Shown: piece after piece, positions 1 to 8,055 of the stretch | Position numbering within the stretch: position 1 is the first letter of the stretch | How the letters are laid out: each line of letters opens with the position of its first letter | Source of the DNA: Vibrio alginolyticus NBRC 15630 = ATCC 17749 | GTDB taxonomy: Bacteria > Pseudomonadota > Gammaproteobacteria > Enterobacterales > Vibrionaceae | Reading direction: 5' to 3' | Length of the DNA: 32,000 bases | NCBI RefSeq assembly: GCF_000354175.2 | Contig: NC_022359.1 | Location: 1,410,001-1,442,000 of the forward strand | Program-made: the position numbers and the translations under genes | The notes under the pieces: model-generated | The model's input: only the letters and a program-made list of their open reading frames with translations | What the model was told of the DNA's origin: nothing | The model's database searches: none

Positions 1-467
1 GGAATGAAGATCGGTTAGGGTTGACCGTGATCGAACGCCTCGAAGGTATCGTTGTACCGCTCATTCTTAGGGGAAAAAGAATCACTATTACTGGCCACTC
101 TTCAGGTGGCGCGATTGGCAGTGTTTTTGCTGACTATATTGAGAAAAAATACCCAAAAAGCATTAAACGCGTGGTCACTTTCGGACAGCCCGCTGTCGGG
201 GATTGGACGTTTAAGAAACGCTACCGTTTGGGGCACAAAACATACAGGATTTGTTGCGACATCGACATCGTGACCTTTATGCCGCCCGTACCTTTTTTGT
301 ATTGGCATGTAGGCAAAATGCTATGGTTATATAACGGGAGAATATACGAGAACACCCCAACGCTCATACGGCTTGGGCGCTCCTTATTTAGTTGGTTAAT
401 GCGACCGTTCTCTTATCACTTTATGAGTAAATACATTCGCGACAAAGACTTTTTTGATGAACGCTGA
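1..467 (+). CDS. Class-3 lipase family alpha/beta hydrolase, C-terminal part (5' end lies outside the window)
   Basis: Frame 3 is open from nt 3 with no stop before the listed 21..467 ORF, so the gene enters from upstream. GxSxG nucleophile elbow in ITGHSSGGAIGSVFADY, then VVTFGQPAVGD, the usual Lipase_3 layout. Stop at 465-467, followed by hairpin 502-525. Confidence 0.75.
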   Translation, partial: NEDRLGLTVIERLEGIVVPLILRGKRITITGHSSGGAIGSVFADYIEKKYPKSIKRVVTFGQPAVGDWTFKKRYRLGHKTYRICCDIDIVTFMPPVPFLYWHVGKMLWLYNGRIYENTPTLIRLGRSLFSWLMRPFSYHFMSKYIRDKDFFDER

Positions 468-501
468 GTTAAACATCCGAAAGGTATGAAGTATAGACAC
501 G

Positions 502-525
502 AAAAAGCCGGACTTCGCCGGCTTT
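502..525. terminator. Shared (bidirectional) hairpin terminator between the convergent lipase and PspB-like genes
   Basis: aaagccgg-acttcg-ccggcttt: 8-bp stem with a GC core, flanked by A-run and T-run. It sits between stop 467 (+) and stop 542 (-). Confidence 0.6.
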
Positions 526-541
526 ACGATTAAGTGGTGAT

Positions 542-796
542 CTACAGAGAGGCAATTTCTTTTTCAAGTTGATATTTGTTATCTGTGACAATTCGCTCTA
601 ACACTTCAACACGTCGCTTCAAGTCACCAATTTGCTTGTTAAGGTTATCTTGTTCTTCTCGGCTCATCGTATTACGTTCAGATATCTCCAACGCTCTTAC
701 TTCTTTACGATGGTTCAAGATTAACTTTATTATCCCGCCCCCAAATATGGCACCGAACACAATAGCCACAACCAATACATCAGCAATAGATTCCAT
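542..796 (-). CDS. Small single-pass membrane protein, PspB-like (envelope-stress type)
   Basis: 84 aa. N-terminal TM helix VLVVAIVFGAIFGGGIIKLIL, then a charged helical tail SREEQDNLNKQIGDLKRRVEVLERIV. This mirrors the PspB pattern (TM plus S-x-x-E/Q...L...R-I/V..LE.IL). No pspA or pspC nearby. The family call is from remembered E. coli PspB only. Confidence 0.45.
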   Translation of the reverse strand: MESIADVLVVAIVFGAIFGGGIIKLILNHRKEVRALEISERNTMSREEQDNLNKQIGDLKRRVEVLERIVTDNKYQLEKEIASL

Positions 797-926
797 TCTT
801 TATCTTCCTCTAGATTATGCTCAAATATAAGTTACTCATTTGTTGAATGAATATCAAATAACACATTGATTCATTGAAAAGTTTTATCAAGAATTGCCTA
901 CTCTGTATCAAAATCACAGGAATGGA

Positions 927-2450
927 TTATTCAACGCCAACCCAAACCGAGACAGATCCGCCGTTTACTGGGAACTCAGCCCAACCATTCGCATCAGTCC
1001 AAACTTCTTCAGTTCGGATACCCAACTTGTCTACGTAGCGAGCACTTGGTTTACCCGTATACATCCACTTCGAGCCGCCAGGTCCATCACTCATGATCAC
1101 GGCCATTGAATGTCGATGCTTTGCATCACCTTCTCGAGTCCAACCAATTACGTCCCAGTGGTCGAGATAAGAATGTTGTTTGCCATACGCATAATCTTTA
1201 CGCAGTGTTACTAGCTCTTTAATGTAAGGCACTTTGACCATATTGATGTCATGCCCTTTATCACTGTACTGCGCGCCGTAGTAATCTGCATAAAACACGG
1301 ATGGATAACCTTCTTCACGCAATAAGATAAATGCGTAAGCGAGCGGCTTAAACCACCAATCAACCGTCGACTCCAAAGCCTGCAAAGGTTGAGTATCATG
1401 GTTTTCTACTAAGGTTACCGCTTTGACTGGATTGTCCTTCATCAGCGTACCATCCATGATTTGACGCATATCGTAGCTACCACCCGATTTAGACGCATTG
1501 TAGAAGTTCATATGTAACGGTGCGTCGAATAGAGACATGCTGCCAGAAGTTTTGGTGATAAAGTTATGCAGCTGATTCACATCGTAGTTCCAGTACTCTC
1601 CGACCGTGAAAAGTTCTTTCCCTGTTTTCCAACGTAGGTGATCAATCCATTCTTGCAGGTATTGATATTTGATGTGCTTCACCGCGTCCATTCTAAACCC
1701 ATCAACACCCGTCATGTTGATATACCACTCACCCCAGTCTTTCAGCTCTTGCTTCACTTCAGGGTGATCCATGTCTAGATCAGCGTACATAAGGTAATCG
1801 TAGTTGCCTTTTTCCGAGCTAACTTCCCAATCCCATGCCTTACCCTCACCTTTGAATTTGAAGATAGCTTTTTCTTCGCCAGCATCGTCCCAATCCACGC
1901 CATCAAAGTGGTACCACGTCCAATGAAAGTTTGAGTACTTGTCGTTGCGCCCAGGGAAATCAAACTCTACCCACGCTTCAATCCATTTATCACCAAGTTC
2001 AATATTTCGGTTGTTCCAATCTACTCGCTTGGTATCAACCCAAGACTTTCCATCCGCACCACCGCGATGGTTGAACACCACATCGCCATAAATCTGGATA
2101 TTGTTTTTATGGGCAGCATTGATGGCGCTTAGGTACTGATCTTTGGTGCCATACTTGGTGCGCACCGAACCTTTTTGATCAAACTCTCCCAAATCGTACA
2201 TATCATAAACGCCATAACCGACGTCGTTGCTACCACCAGCACCTTTATAGGCGGGTGGTAACCATAACGCAGTAAAGCCGTTATCAGATAGTGCCGACGC
2301 GTTGTTTTCAACTTGTGTCCAGAGTGCACCGTCATTTGGCACATACCAATGGAAATACTGCATCATGGTGCCATTTTGTGCCGCCATTACAGGCGAACTG
2401 AGCAGCAAAGTTAAGGGTAAAAGTGTAGGTTTAAGGTTGAATGTTTTCAT
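927..2450 (-). CDS. Secreted alpha-amylase, GH13 (Bacillus licheniformis/AmyA-like subfamily)
   Basis: 507 aa. Signal peptide MKTFNLKPTLLPLTLLLSSPVMA|AQ. Collinear with remembered B. licheniformis amylase: NGTMMQYFHWY, GDVVFNHRGGAD, DGFRMDAVKHI, FTVGEYW, FVENHDTQP, GWTREGD, VNGGSVSVWV. Confidence 0.95.
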   Translation of the reverse strand: MKTFNLKPTLLPLTLLLSSPVMAAQNGTMMQYFHWYVPNDGALWTQVENNASALSDNGFTALWLPPAYKGAGGSNDVGYGVYDMYDLGEFDQKGSVRTKYGTKDQYLSAINAAHKNNIQIYGDVVFNHRGGADGKSWVDTKRVDWNNRNIELGDKWIEAWVEFDFPGRNDKYSNFHWTWYHFDGVDWDDAGEEKAIFKFKGEGKAWDWEVSSEKGNYDYLMYADLDMDHPEVKQELKDWGEWYINMTGVDGFRMDAVKHIKYQYLQEWIDHLRWKTGKELFTVGEYWNYDVNQLHNFITKTSGSMSLFDAPLHMNFYNASKSGGSYDMRQIMDGTLMKDNPVKAVTLVENHDTQPLQALESTVDWWFKPLAYAFILLREEGYPSVFYADYYGAQYSDKGHDINMVKVPYIKELVTLRKDYAYGKQHSYLDHWDVIGWTREGDAKHRHSMAVIMSDGPGGSKWMYTGKPSARYVDKLGIRTEEVWTDANGWAEFPVNGGSVSVWVGVE

Positions 2451-2720
2451 TATTTTTCTCTCACGTTAAGGACTAGAATCCTCCTTTCTGCATATACGCA
2501 CCAAGCGATACTAACTATGACGCTAGCTAGGTTGCTGCCTGTAATACAAAAAGTTCGGATTACAATCGAAGAGAAACTATCACCAATCACACTATACAAT
2601 TATTGAGTTGTCTAACATTTATAAAATCAATAATTAGCGCGTTAAAAATATTGAATGGTGATCAAAACATGGGAGACTTTAGGAAAGCGCGAAGGGTTAC
2701 GAAAAGGCGGATTAAAAACG

Positions 2721-2747
2721 AAAAAAGCCAGTCATTTAAGACTGGCT
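2721..2747 (-). terminator. Rho-independent terminator of the tRNA-Leu/tRNA-Cys operon
   Basis: Minus strand reads agccagtc-ttaaat-gactggct followed by TTTTTT (plus-strand A-run 2721-2726), 10 nt downstream of the tRNA-Cys 3' end. Confidence 0.75.
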
Positions 2748-2757
2748 TTCGAAATAG

Positions 2758-2831
2758 TGGAGGCGCCTCCCGGAGTCGAACCGAGGTCCACGGATTTGCA
2801 ATCCGCTGCATAGCCACTCTGCCAAGGCGCC
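2758..2831 (-). tRNA. tRNA-Cys (anticodon GCA)
   Basis: Reverse complement: ggcgccttggcagagtggctatgcagcggattGCAaatccgtggacctcggttcgactccgggaggcgcctcca. 74 nt, encoded CCA, anticodon loop tt-GCA-aa, T-arm GGTTCGA. Close to remembered E. coli cysT. Confidence 0.95.
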
Positions 2832-2867
2832 TTTCTGATTTTGTATCTCTGTCACCAAAGATTTTGA

Positions 2868-2954
2868 TGGTGCCCCGGGCCGGACTTGAACCGGCACAGC
2901 GCGAACGCCGAGGGATTTTAAATCCCTTGTGTCTACCAATTCCACCACCAGGGC
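2868..2954 (-). tRNA. tRNA-Leu (anticodon UAA), long variable arm
   Basis: Reverse complement: gccctggtggtggaattggtagacacaagggattTAAaatccctcggcgttcgcgctgtgccggttcaagtccggcccggggcacca. 87 nt, encoded CCA. Nearly collinear with remembered E. coli leuZ. Confidence 0.93.
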
Positions 2955-3019
2955 AACGCAATCATGCGATGGGTTAGACACCATCTGTCTCATCGACCTT
3001 TGCCGTGAGAACGAGGCGT

Positions 3020-3047
3020 ACTTTAACGGATTAATTTATCTGGTCAA
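3020..3047 (-). promoter_or_regulatory. Candidate sigma-70 promoter of the tRNA-Leu/Cys operon
   Basis: Minus strand: AT-rich UP-like gataaaatttattg, then TTGACC, 16 nt (agataaattaatccgt), TAAAGT, then the GC-rich discriminator acgcctcg. It lies about 60 nt upstream of the tRNA-Leu 5' end. A sibling promoter sits at 11517-11544. Confidence 0.5.
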
Positions 3048-3504
3048 CAATAAATTTTATCTTTTTTATTTAAGTGCTTAAAAAGCGATCTGACTAGTAC
3101 ATTTGGCATTCAATTAGACCAATAAGCACCCGTTCCCTTTCATTAGCCCTGAAGTCATACGCATACTAGTGTCCGTAACTGCTTCGAGGTAAACACGCGA
3201 CTATCACGTTATGAACGCTGATCTTTTCACCGCTGTAACATCTGTAACAATTTAATTCCCTACTCTTGGCACGATTGCGTACAGAACATCATATTTTGTT
3301 ACTGATAACTTTATATCGAATGTGGTCGTACCTTTATAAAATCATTGACTTTTTTTATTTTCAAACAAAGCTCAATTCATTATCGAAAATATCAATAAAT
3401 AATGGTACGTTACACGAGTTGCAGTAATTTAATGGACATATATCACATATAAGGATGTGGTTTACTTTGGCGACACAACATAAGAAAAACAAGGTATATC
3501 ACTA

Positions 3505-5136
3505 ATGTCTATCAAGAATCTTTCTATAGCGAAAAAGATATCGCTATCGTTTTTACTCATTGCCATCGTCAACATTGCATTTGGCGTGTTTTTATCTACA
3601 GAGCTCAAAAGCATCAAATCTGAGCTTTTAAACTATACCGATGATACGCTTCCTGCAATGGAAAGGGTCGATTCGATTCGAGATCATTTGTCTCGCTGGC
3701 GCCGAGCTCAATTTGCTGCGTACACTTATGAAGACGCAGACCAAGTCAAAACTAAAATTTCTAACAATATTAGAGAACGCGAAAAGATCACTAGAGAGCT
3801 CAACGCTTACGGTGAAACTATCTGGCCTGGCGAAGAGCAGCAAACTTACCAGCGTCTTATGCGTCAATGGAAAAAGTACTTGGTTACTATGGACCAGTAC
3901 AATGAAGCGATGCTAGCTAACGACAAAAGCAAGGCCCACCCTATTTTGGCGAACTCTTTGTCTGCTTTCGAAGCGGTTGACTCAGAGTTAGGCGAACTAA
4001 TCCGTCTCCTTAAAGAAGCTATGGACAGCAACAAAACTCACATCCTGTCCTCTGTAAATGGATTGAGTAATTCTTCAATTGCAAGTAACGTGATTATTCT
4101 ACTGATCATGGTAGGCATGACATACGTGCTGACTCGCCTAATTTGTGGCCCACTTAAACTTGTTGTTGAGCAAGCAAATGCCATCGCAACAGGTGATCTA
4201 TCAAGTGACATTGACCGTAAAGCAATCGGCAATGATGAGCTTGGTGAACTGGCAGACGCGACCACTAAGATGCAAGATGACTTACGCCAAGTTATCGATA
4301 ACGTGATTGCTGCAGTTACTCAGTTAAGCAGCGCTGTCGAAGAGATGAACCAAATCTCCGATATTTCTGCGTCTGGTATGAAAGATCAACAGCTGCAAAT
4401 TACGCACATCGCAACAGCAATGACAGAAATGAAAGCGGCCGTAGCCGATGTTGCTCGTAACACTGAAGACTCAGCGAACCAAGCTAACGAAGCAAACCGC
4501 CGCACACAACACGGTGTTCGTGAAACCCAAGGTATGGTTGACGCGATTCAAGAAGTTTCAAACGTAATTGGCGCTGCAGGCGATACCGTAGCTGAGCTTG
4601 AACAGCAATCGAATAAAATTAACGTGATCGTGGATGTTATCCGCGACATCGCCGATCAAACCAACCTACTTGCACTTAATGCAGCCATTGAAGCGGCGCG
4701 TGCTGGTGAGTCTGGTCGTGGCTTTGCCGTCGTTGCAGACGAAGTTCGAACTCTTGCCGGCCGTACGCAAGATTCAACGAGTGAAATCACTTCGATCATT
4801 GAGCAGCTACAATCACTTGCAAAAGACGCAAAATCAGCTACTGAACTTTCTAGAACCAGCATCTCAGAATGTGCAGAACAAGGCATTCAATCAAAACAGC
4901 TGATGAGCGACATTGAGCATTCGATTTCGGACATCTCAGACATGGGTGCCCAAATCGCCACGGCTTGTAACCAGCAAGACTCTGTTGCGGAAGAGCTTAA
5001 CCGCAGCATTGAAAACATACATTTGGCATCTCAAGAGGTCTCGCAAGGCTCGGAGCAAACCGCACAGGCGTGCCGCGAACTAAGCCAGCTATCCATTTCT
5101 CTTAAAGATGTAATGAGCCGCTTTAAACTGAGTTAA
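3505..5136 (+). CDS. Methyl-accepting chemotaxis protein (helical periplasmic sensor, HAMP, MA signalling domain)
   Basis: 543 aa. TM1 [19 protein letters not shown], about 150-aa helical periplasmic region, TM2 [18 protein letters not shown]: [27 protein letters not shown]. Invariant hairpin: [38 protein letters not shown]. Confidence 0.95.
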   Translation: MSIKNLSIAKKISLSFLLIAIVNIAFGVFLSTELKSIKSELLNYTDDTLPAMERVDSIRDHLSRWRRAQFAAYTYEDADQVKTKISNNIREREKITRELNAYGETIWPGEEQQTYQRLMRQWKKYLVTMDQYNEAMLANDKSKAHPILANSLSAFEAVDSELGELIRLLKEAMDSNKTHILSSVNGLSNSSIASNVIILLIMVGMTYVLTRLICGPLKLVVEQANAIATGDLSSDIDRKAIGNDELGELADATTKMQDDLRQVIDNVIAAVTQLSSAVEEMNQISDISASGMKDQQLQITHIATAMTEMKAAVADVARNTEDSANQANEANRRTQHGVRETQGMVDAIQEVSNVIGAAGDTVAELEQQSNKINVIVDVIRDIADQTNLLALNAAIEAARAGESGRGFAVVADEVRTLAGRTQDSTSEITSIIEQLQSLAKDAKSATELSRTSISECAEQGIQSKQLMSDIEHSISDISDMGAQIATACNQQDSVAEELNRSIENIHLASQEVSQGSEQTAQACRELSQLSISLKDVMSRFKLS

Positions 5137-5238
5137 ACTCAGTGGGTACCTTAGTAGATATCAAATCAATCCCGATTTGCTTAAATTGAATGTCATCACT
5201 GAGGTATATTTAGGTATATATTAAATCACTATCTTCAT

Positions 5239-5270
5239 AAACGCTCCAAAGCACCACTTGGAGCGTTTTA
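5239..5270 (+). terminator. Hairpin terminator/attenuator after the chemoreceptor gene
   Basis: aaacgctccaa-agcaccac-ttggagcgttt: 11-bp perfect stem followed by ta-ctt. The T-run is short, so it may be leaky. Confidence 0.55.
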
Positions 5271-5337
5271 CTTCGTCAGGTACTTTCCCCAAGTACTCAA
5301 TAACATAACCAATACAAAAAACGCGTACGGAGACTTT

Positions 5338-6567
5338 ATGCGCTTAAATAAAACCTTACTATCACTGACTATCGCTGCTGCAATCGCGGCTCCTGTAATG
5401 CAAGCTACTGCTGCTCCTCTTCAAATTAGCAATACAGCAGCAAAAGCAGAGCAAGTTCAAGGTGCTAACGCTTGGCTAGAAATAAACTTAGGTCAGTTCC
5501 GCGATAATATTGAGCAGTTTAAATCGCACATGGATGGCAAAACGAAAATCTGCGCCGTGATGAAAGCCGACGCATACGGTAATGGTATCGCAGGCCTGAT
5601 GCCGACTATTATCGAACAACAAATTCCTTGCGTTGCCGTTGCAAGTAACGCCGAAGCACAAACTGTTCGCGACAGTGGCTTTAAAGGCCAACTTATGCGT
5701 GTACGCTCAGCGGATATTGGCGAGATTGAAGCCGCAATCGACCTAAATGTCGAAGAGTTGATAGGCACAGCAGAGCAAGCTAAAGCACTGTCTAAACTAG
5801 CCGAGAAAGCTGGTAAAGAAATCAAAGCTCACCTTGCTCTGAACGACGGTGGTATGGGACGTAATGGTGTTGATATGACGACAGAAGCGGGCAAGAAAGA
5901 AGCGCTAAAAATCGCTCAACAAGCTGGCGTAAATATTGTTGGTATCATGACTCATTTCCCTAACTACAATGCAGACGACGTGCGCCAAAAGTTAGCTTCA
6001 TTCAAAGACAGTTCTGCATGGCTGATTAAAGAAGCGAATCTAAAACGCGACAACATTTTACTGCACGTAGCAAACTCTTACACCGCGCTTAATGTTCCTG
6101 AGGCGCAGCTTGATATGGTTCGTCCTGGTGGCGTTTTATACGGAGACTTACCAACTAACCCTGAGTACCCTTCTATCGTGTCTTTCAAAACACGCGTGGC
6201 ATCCGTTCACCACCTGCCAAAAAATAGCACAGTCGGTTACGACAGCAGCTACACAACAAGCAAAGAAAGCTTAATGGCGAACATTCCTGTTGGTTACTCT
6301 GATGGTTATCCACGAAAAATGGGGAATACGGCAGAAGTTCTGATCAATGGCCAACGTGCAAAAGTTGCGGGCGTTGCTTCAATGAACACTACTATGGTAG
6401 ATGTTACAGGTATCAAAGATGTTGAGCCTGGTTCTGAAGTTGTTTTGTTTGGCTCCCAACAAGGCAAAACGATTTCAGCTACTGAGATGGAAAAACACGC
6501 AGAAGTCATCTTCCCTGAACTATACACGGTTTGGGGAAGCGCGAACCCTCGTGTCTACGTAAAATAA
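5338..6567 (+). CDS. bsr: Periplasmic PLP-dependent amino-acid racemase, alanine-racemase fold with signal peptide (Bsr/BsrV-type broad-spectrum racemase)
   Basis: 409 aa. Sec signal [25 protein letters not shown]|AP, which cytoplasmic Alr/DadX lack. PLP-lysine motif [12 protein letters not shown]. Other Alr blocks: [34 protein letters not shown]. The combination of signal peptide and Alr fold defines the Vibrio BsrV family. Broad specificity itself is inferred. Confidence 0.85.
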   Translation: MRLNKTLLSLTIAAAIAAPVMQATAAPLQISNTAAKAEQVQGANAWLEINLGQFRDNIEQFKSHMDGKTKICAVMKADAYGNGIAGLMPTIIEQQIPCVAVASNAEAQTVRDSGFKGQLMRVRSADIGEIEAAIDLNVEELIGTAEQAKALSKLAEKAGKEIKAHLALNDGGMGRNGVDMTTEAGKKEALKIAQQAGVNIVGIMTHFPNYNADDVRQKLASFKDSSAWLIKEANLKRDNILLHVANSYTALNVPEAQLDMVRPGGVLYGDLPTNPEYPSIVSFKTRVASVHHLPKNSTVGYDSSYTTSKESLMANIPVGYSDGYPRKMGNTAEVLINGQRAKVAGVASMNTTMVDVTGIKDVEPGSEVVLFGSQQGKTISATEMEKHAEVIFPELYTVWGSANPRVYVK

Positions 6568-6595
6568 ACCTATTCAGTTATTCGTAACAGAGCGA

Positions 6596-6630
6596 AAAAG
6601 CGAGCCTCGTGCTCGCTTTCTTTCTTATTT
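6596..6630 (+). terminator. Rho-independent terminator after the racemase
   Basis: aaagcgagc-ctcgt-gctcgcttt followed by ctttcttattt. Confidence 0.7.
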
Positions 6631-6878
6631 ACTAATCTGTACTAGCTCGTGATGTTATCAATTAAACAGAGCTTACTATTTCTGTTGTTTTATTCTCCTT
6701 TAGCACTACCAAGCGCGACTCTCTACACTCTGTTTCTTAAAGCCGCTTGGATGGCTCAATTTTATATAGCACTTAGAGTTTGAAAGCCCCTCCAATTGAT
6801 GTTAAACATGAAGTTTACAAAAGAATAACAAACACACTCGTATGGCACTGCCCCTTTGCCTGCTAGCTAGGTATCTCT

Positions 6879-7610
6879 ATGACAGAAAATACTCAACATC
6901 TTCAACGCTCCTCCACTGAGTTGCACGAATTTAATCGGCTTGACGTCTGGAACGGCTTCACCCAACTTTTACCCCTCTCTATGTTCGTGGTCATATTTGG
7001 CCTCGCTTTCGGTGTTGCTGCGGTACAGACTGGACTAGATGTATTTCCCACTATGTTGATGAGCACACTGGTCTTCGCCGGTGCTTCACAATTTGCCACG
7101 TTAGAAATGTGGGGAGCAGAAGTCCCTCTCATTCCAGTTCTTATTACTGTATTTGCTATTAATGCTCGTCACCTCTTGATGGGAGCTACACTTTATCCAT
7201 GGTTACGACAACTCCCACCAACAAAACGTTACGGTGTAATGCTGGTAGCATCAGACGCTAACTGGGCAATGGCACTCAATGCATTTGGTAGAAAAGAACC
7301 AGGCTTTGGCTTGCTTGTTGGTGGCGGCTTAGCGATGTGGTCTTTTTGGATTGTGGGCACCTGGATCGGCATTTATTTTGGTAGCGCAATCAAAGATCCG
7401 GTGGGCCTAGGGCTCGATATGGTTATGGGATGCTTCCTGCTGTCTATGGTGGTGGCCGGGCCGAAAGACTTAAGAATCTTTGCTATTTGGGCCATAGCAG
7501 CAGCCTCTTCTATGTTGGCGTATTGGTATTTGCCAGAGAATAGCCACGTAGTGGTTGGCGCCATTACTGGCGGAGTCTTGGGTGCTTGTTGGAAGGAGAA
7601 GAAAGCATGA
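6879..7610 (+). CDS. azlC: AzlC-family branched-chain amino-acid exporter, large subunit
   Basis: 243 aa, polytopic. AzlC hallmark LVFAGASQFA plus ASDANWA. Its stop overlaps the azlD start (ATGA at 7607-7610). Confidence 0.88.
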   Translation: MTENTQHLQRSSTELHEFNRLDVWNGFTQLLPLSMFVVIFGLAFGVAAVQTGLDVFPTMLMSTLVFAGASQFATLEMWGAEVPLIPVLITVFAINARHLLMGATLYPWLRQLPPTKRYGVMLVASDANWAMALNAFGRKEPGFGLLVGGGLAMWSFWIVGTWIGIYFGSAIKDPVGLGLDMVMGCFLLSMVVAGPKDLRIFAIWAIAAASSMLAYWYLPENSHVVVGAITGGVLGACWKEKKA

Positions 7611-7915
7611 ACATCGAAACAACCTTAGGTGGCACACTGCTTATCATTATCGCTATGGCGTTAGTCACGCTCATAACCCGCTGGGGCGGAGTGTATGTTA
7701 TGTCATTCATTCCAATTAGCGAACGGGTTCAACGTTTCATTACTGCGATGTCAGGCTCCGTATTGGTTGCCCTTTTAGCTCCGCTAGCAGTAGAGGGTGA
7801 TAACGGTGCTAGAGCAGCACTGTTTTCTACTGCCGTTGTCATGTTCATCGTGAAAAAGCCTCTACCCGCAATCGCAGCAGGCATCATCGCCGCCGCTGCA
7901 GTACGTGCTCTTTAG
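7607..7915 (+). CDS. azlD: AzlD-family exporter, small subunit
   Basis: I prefer the ATG at 7607 (MNIETTLGG..., 102 aa) over the listed 7586 start. Reasons: the ATGA overlap with azlC and the SD ggaaggagaag just upstream. Small hydrophobic protein with 3-4 TM helices, as expected for AzlD. Confidence 0.82.
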   Translation: MNIETTLGGTLLIIIAMALVTLITRWGGVYVMSFIPISERVQRFITAMSGSVLVALLAPLAVEGDNGARAALFSTAVVMFIVKKPLPAIAAGIIAAAAVRAL

Positions 7916-7963
7916 TCGTTGTTTCAACGCCGATACCAGTCATCAATAAAAGACCCAAAACAC

Positions 7964-8001
7964 AAAGCCCTGATGTCACAAGTGTCATCAGGGCTTATCT
8001 T
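7964..8001. terminator. Bidirectional terminator between the convergent azlD and dld genes
   Basis: gccctgatg-tcacaagtgt-catcagggc: 9-bp stem at 7967-7994, preceded by aaa and followed by ttatctt. Confidence 0.7.
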
Positions 8002-8055
8002 ATGCTCATCATTTTAACGATGAACAACGATTATTAATCATGGTGAGACAGCACA

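Noticed and set aside
2603-2993. Three listed ORFs (124, 99 and 85 aa) across 2603-2993, and two more (77 and 72 aa) at 11234-11574
   Set aside because: They are read straight through tRNA-Cys, tRNA-Leu and tRNA-Gly genes on both strands. The shared peptide GGASRSRTEVHGFAIRCIATLPRRL is simply the translated tRNA-Cys. There is no independent coding evidence.
3267-3279. TGGCACG-a-TTGCG upstream of the chemoreceptor gene, resembling a sigma-54 promoter
   Set aside because: The GG and GC elements are separated by far too few bases. The consensus is TGGCACG-N4-TTGC, and only one base intervenes here. The site is also about 230 nt from the start codon.
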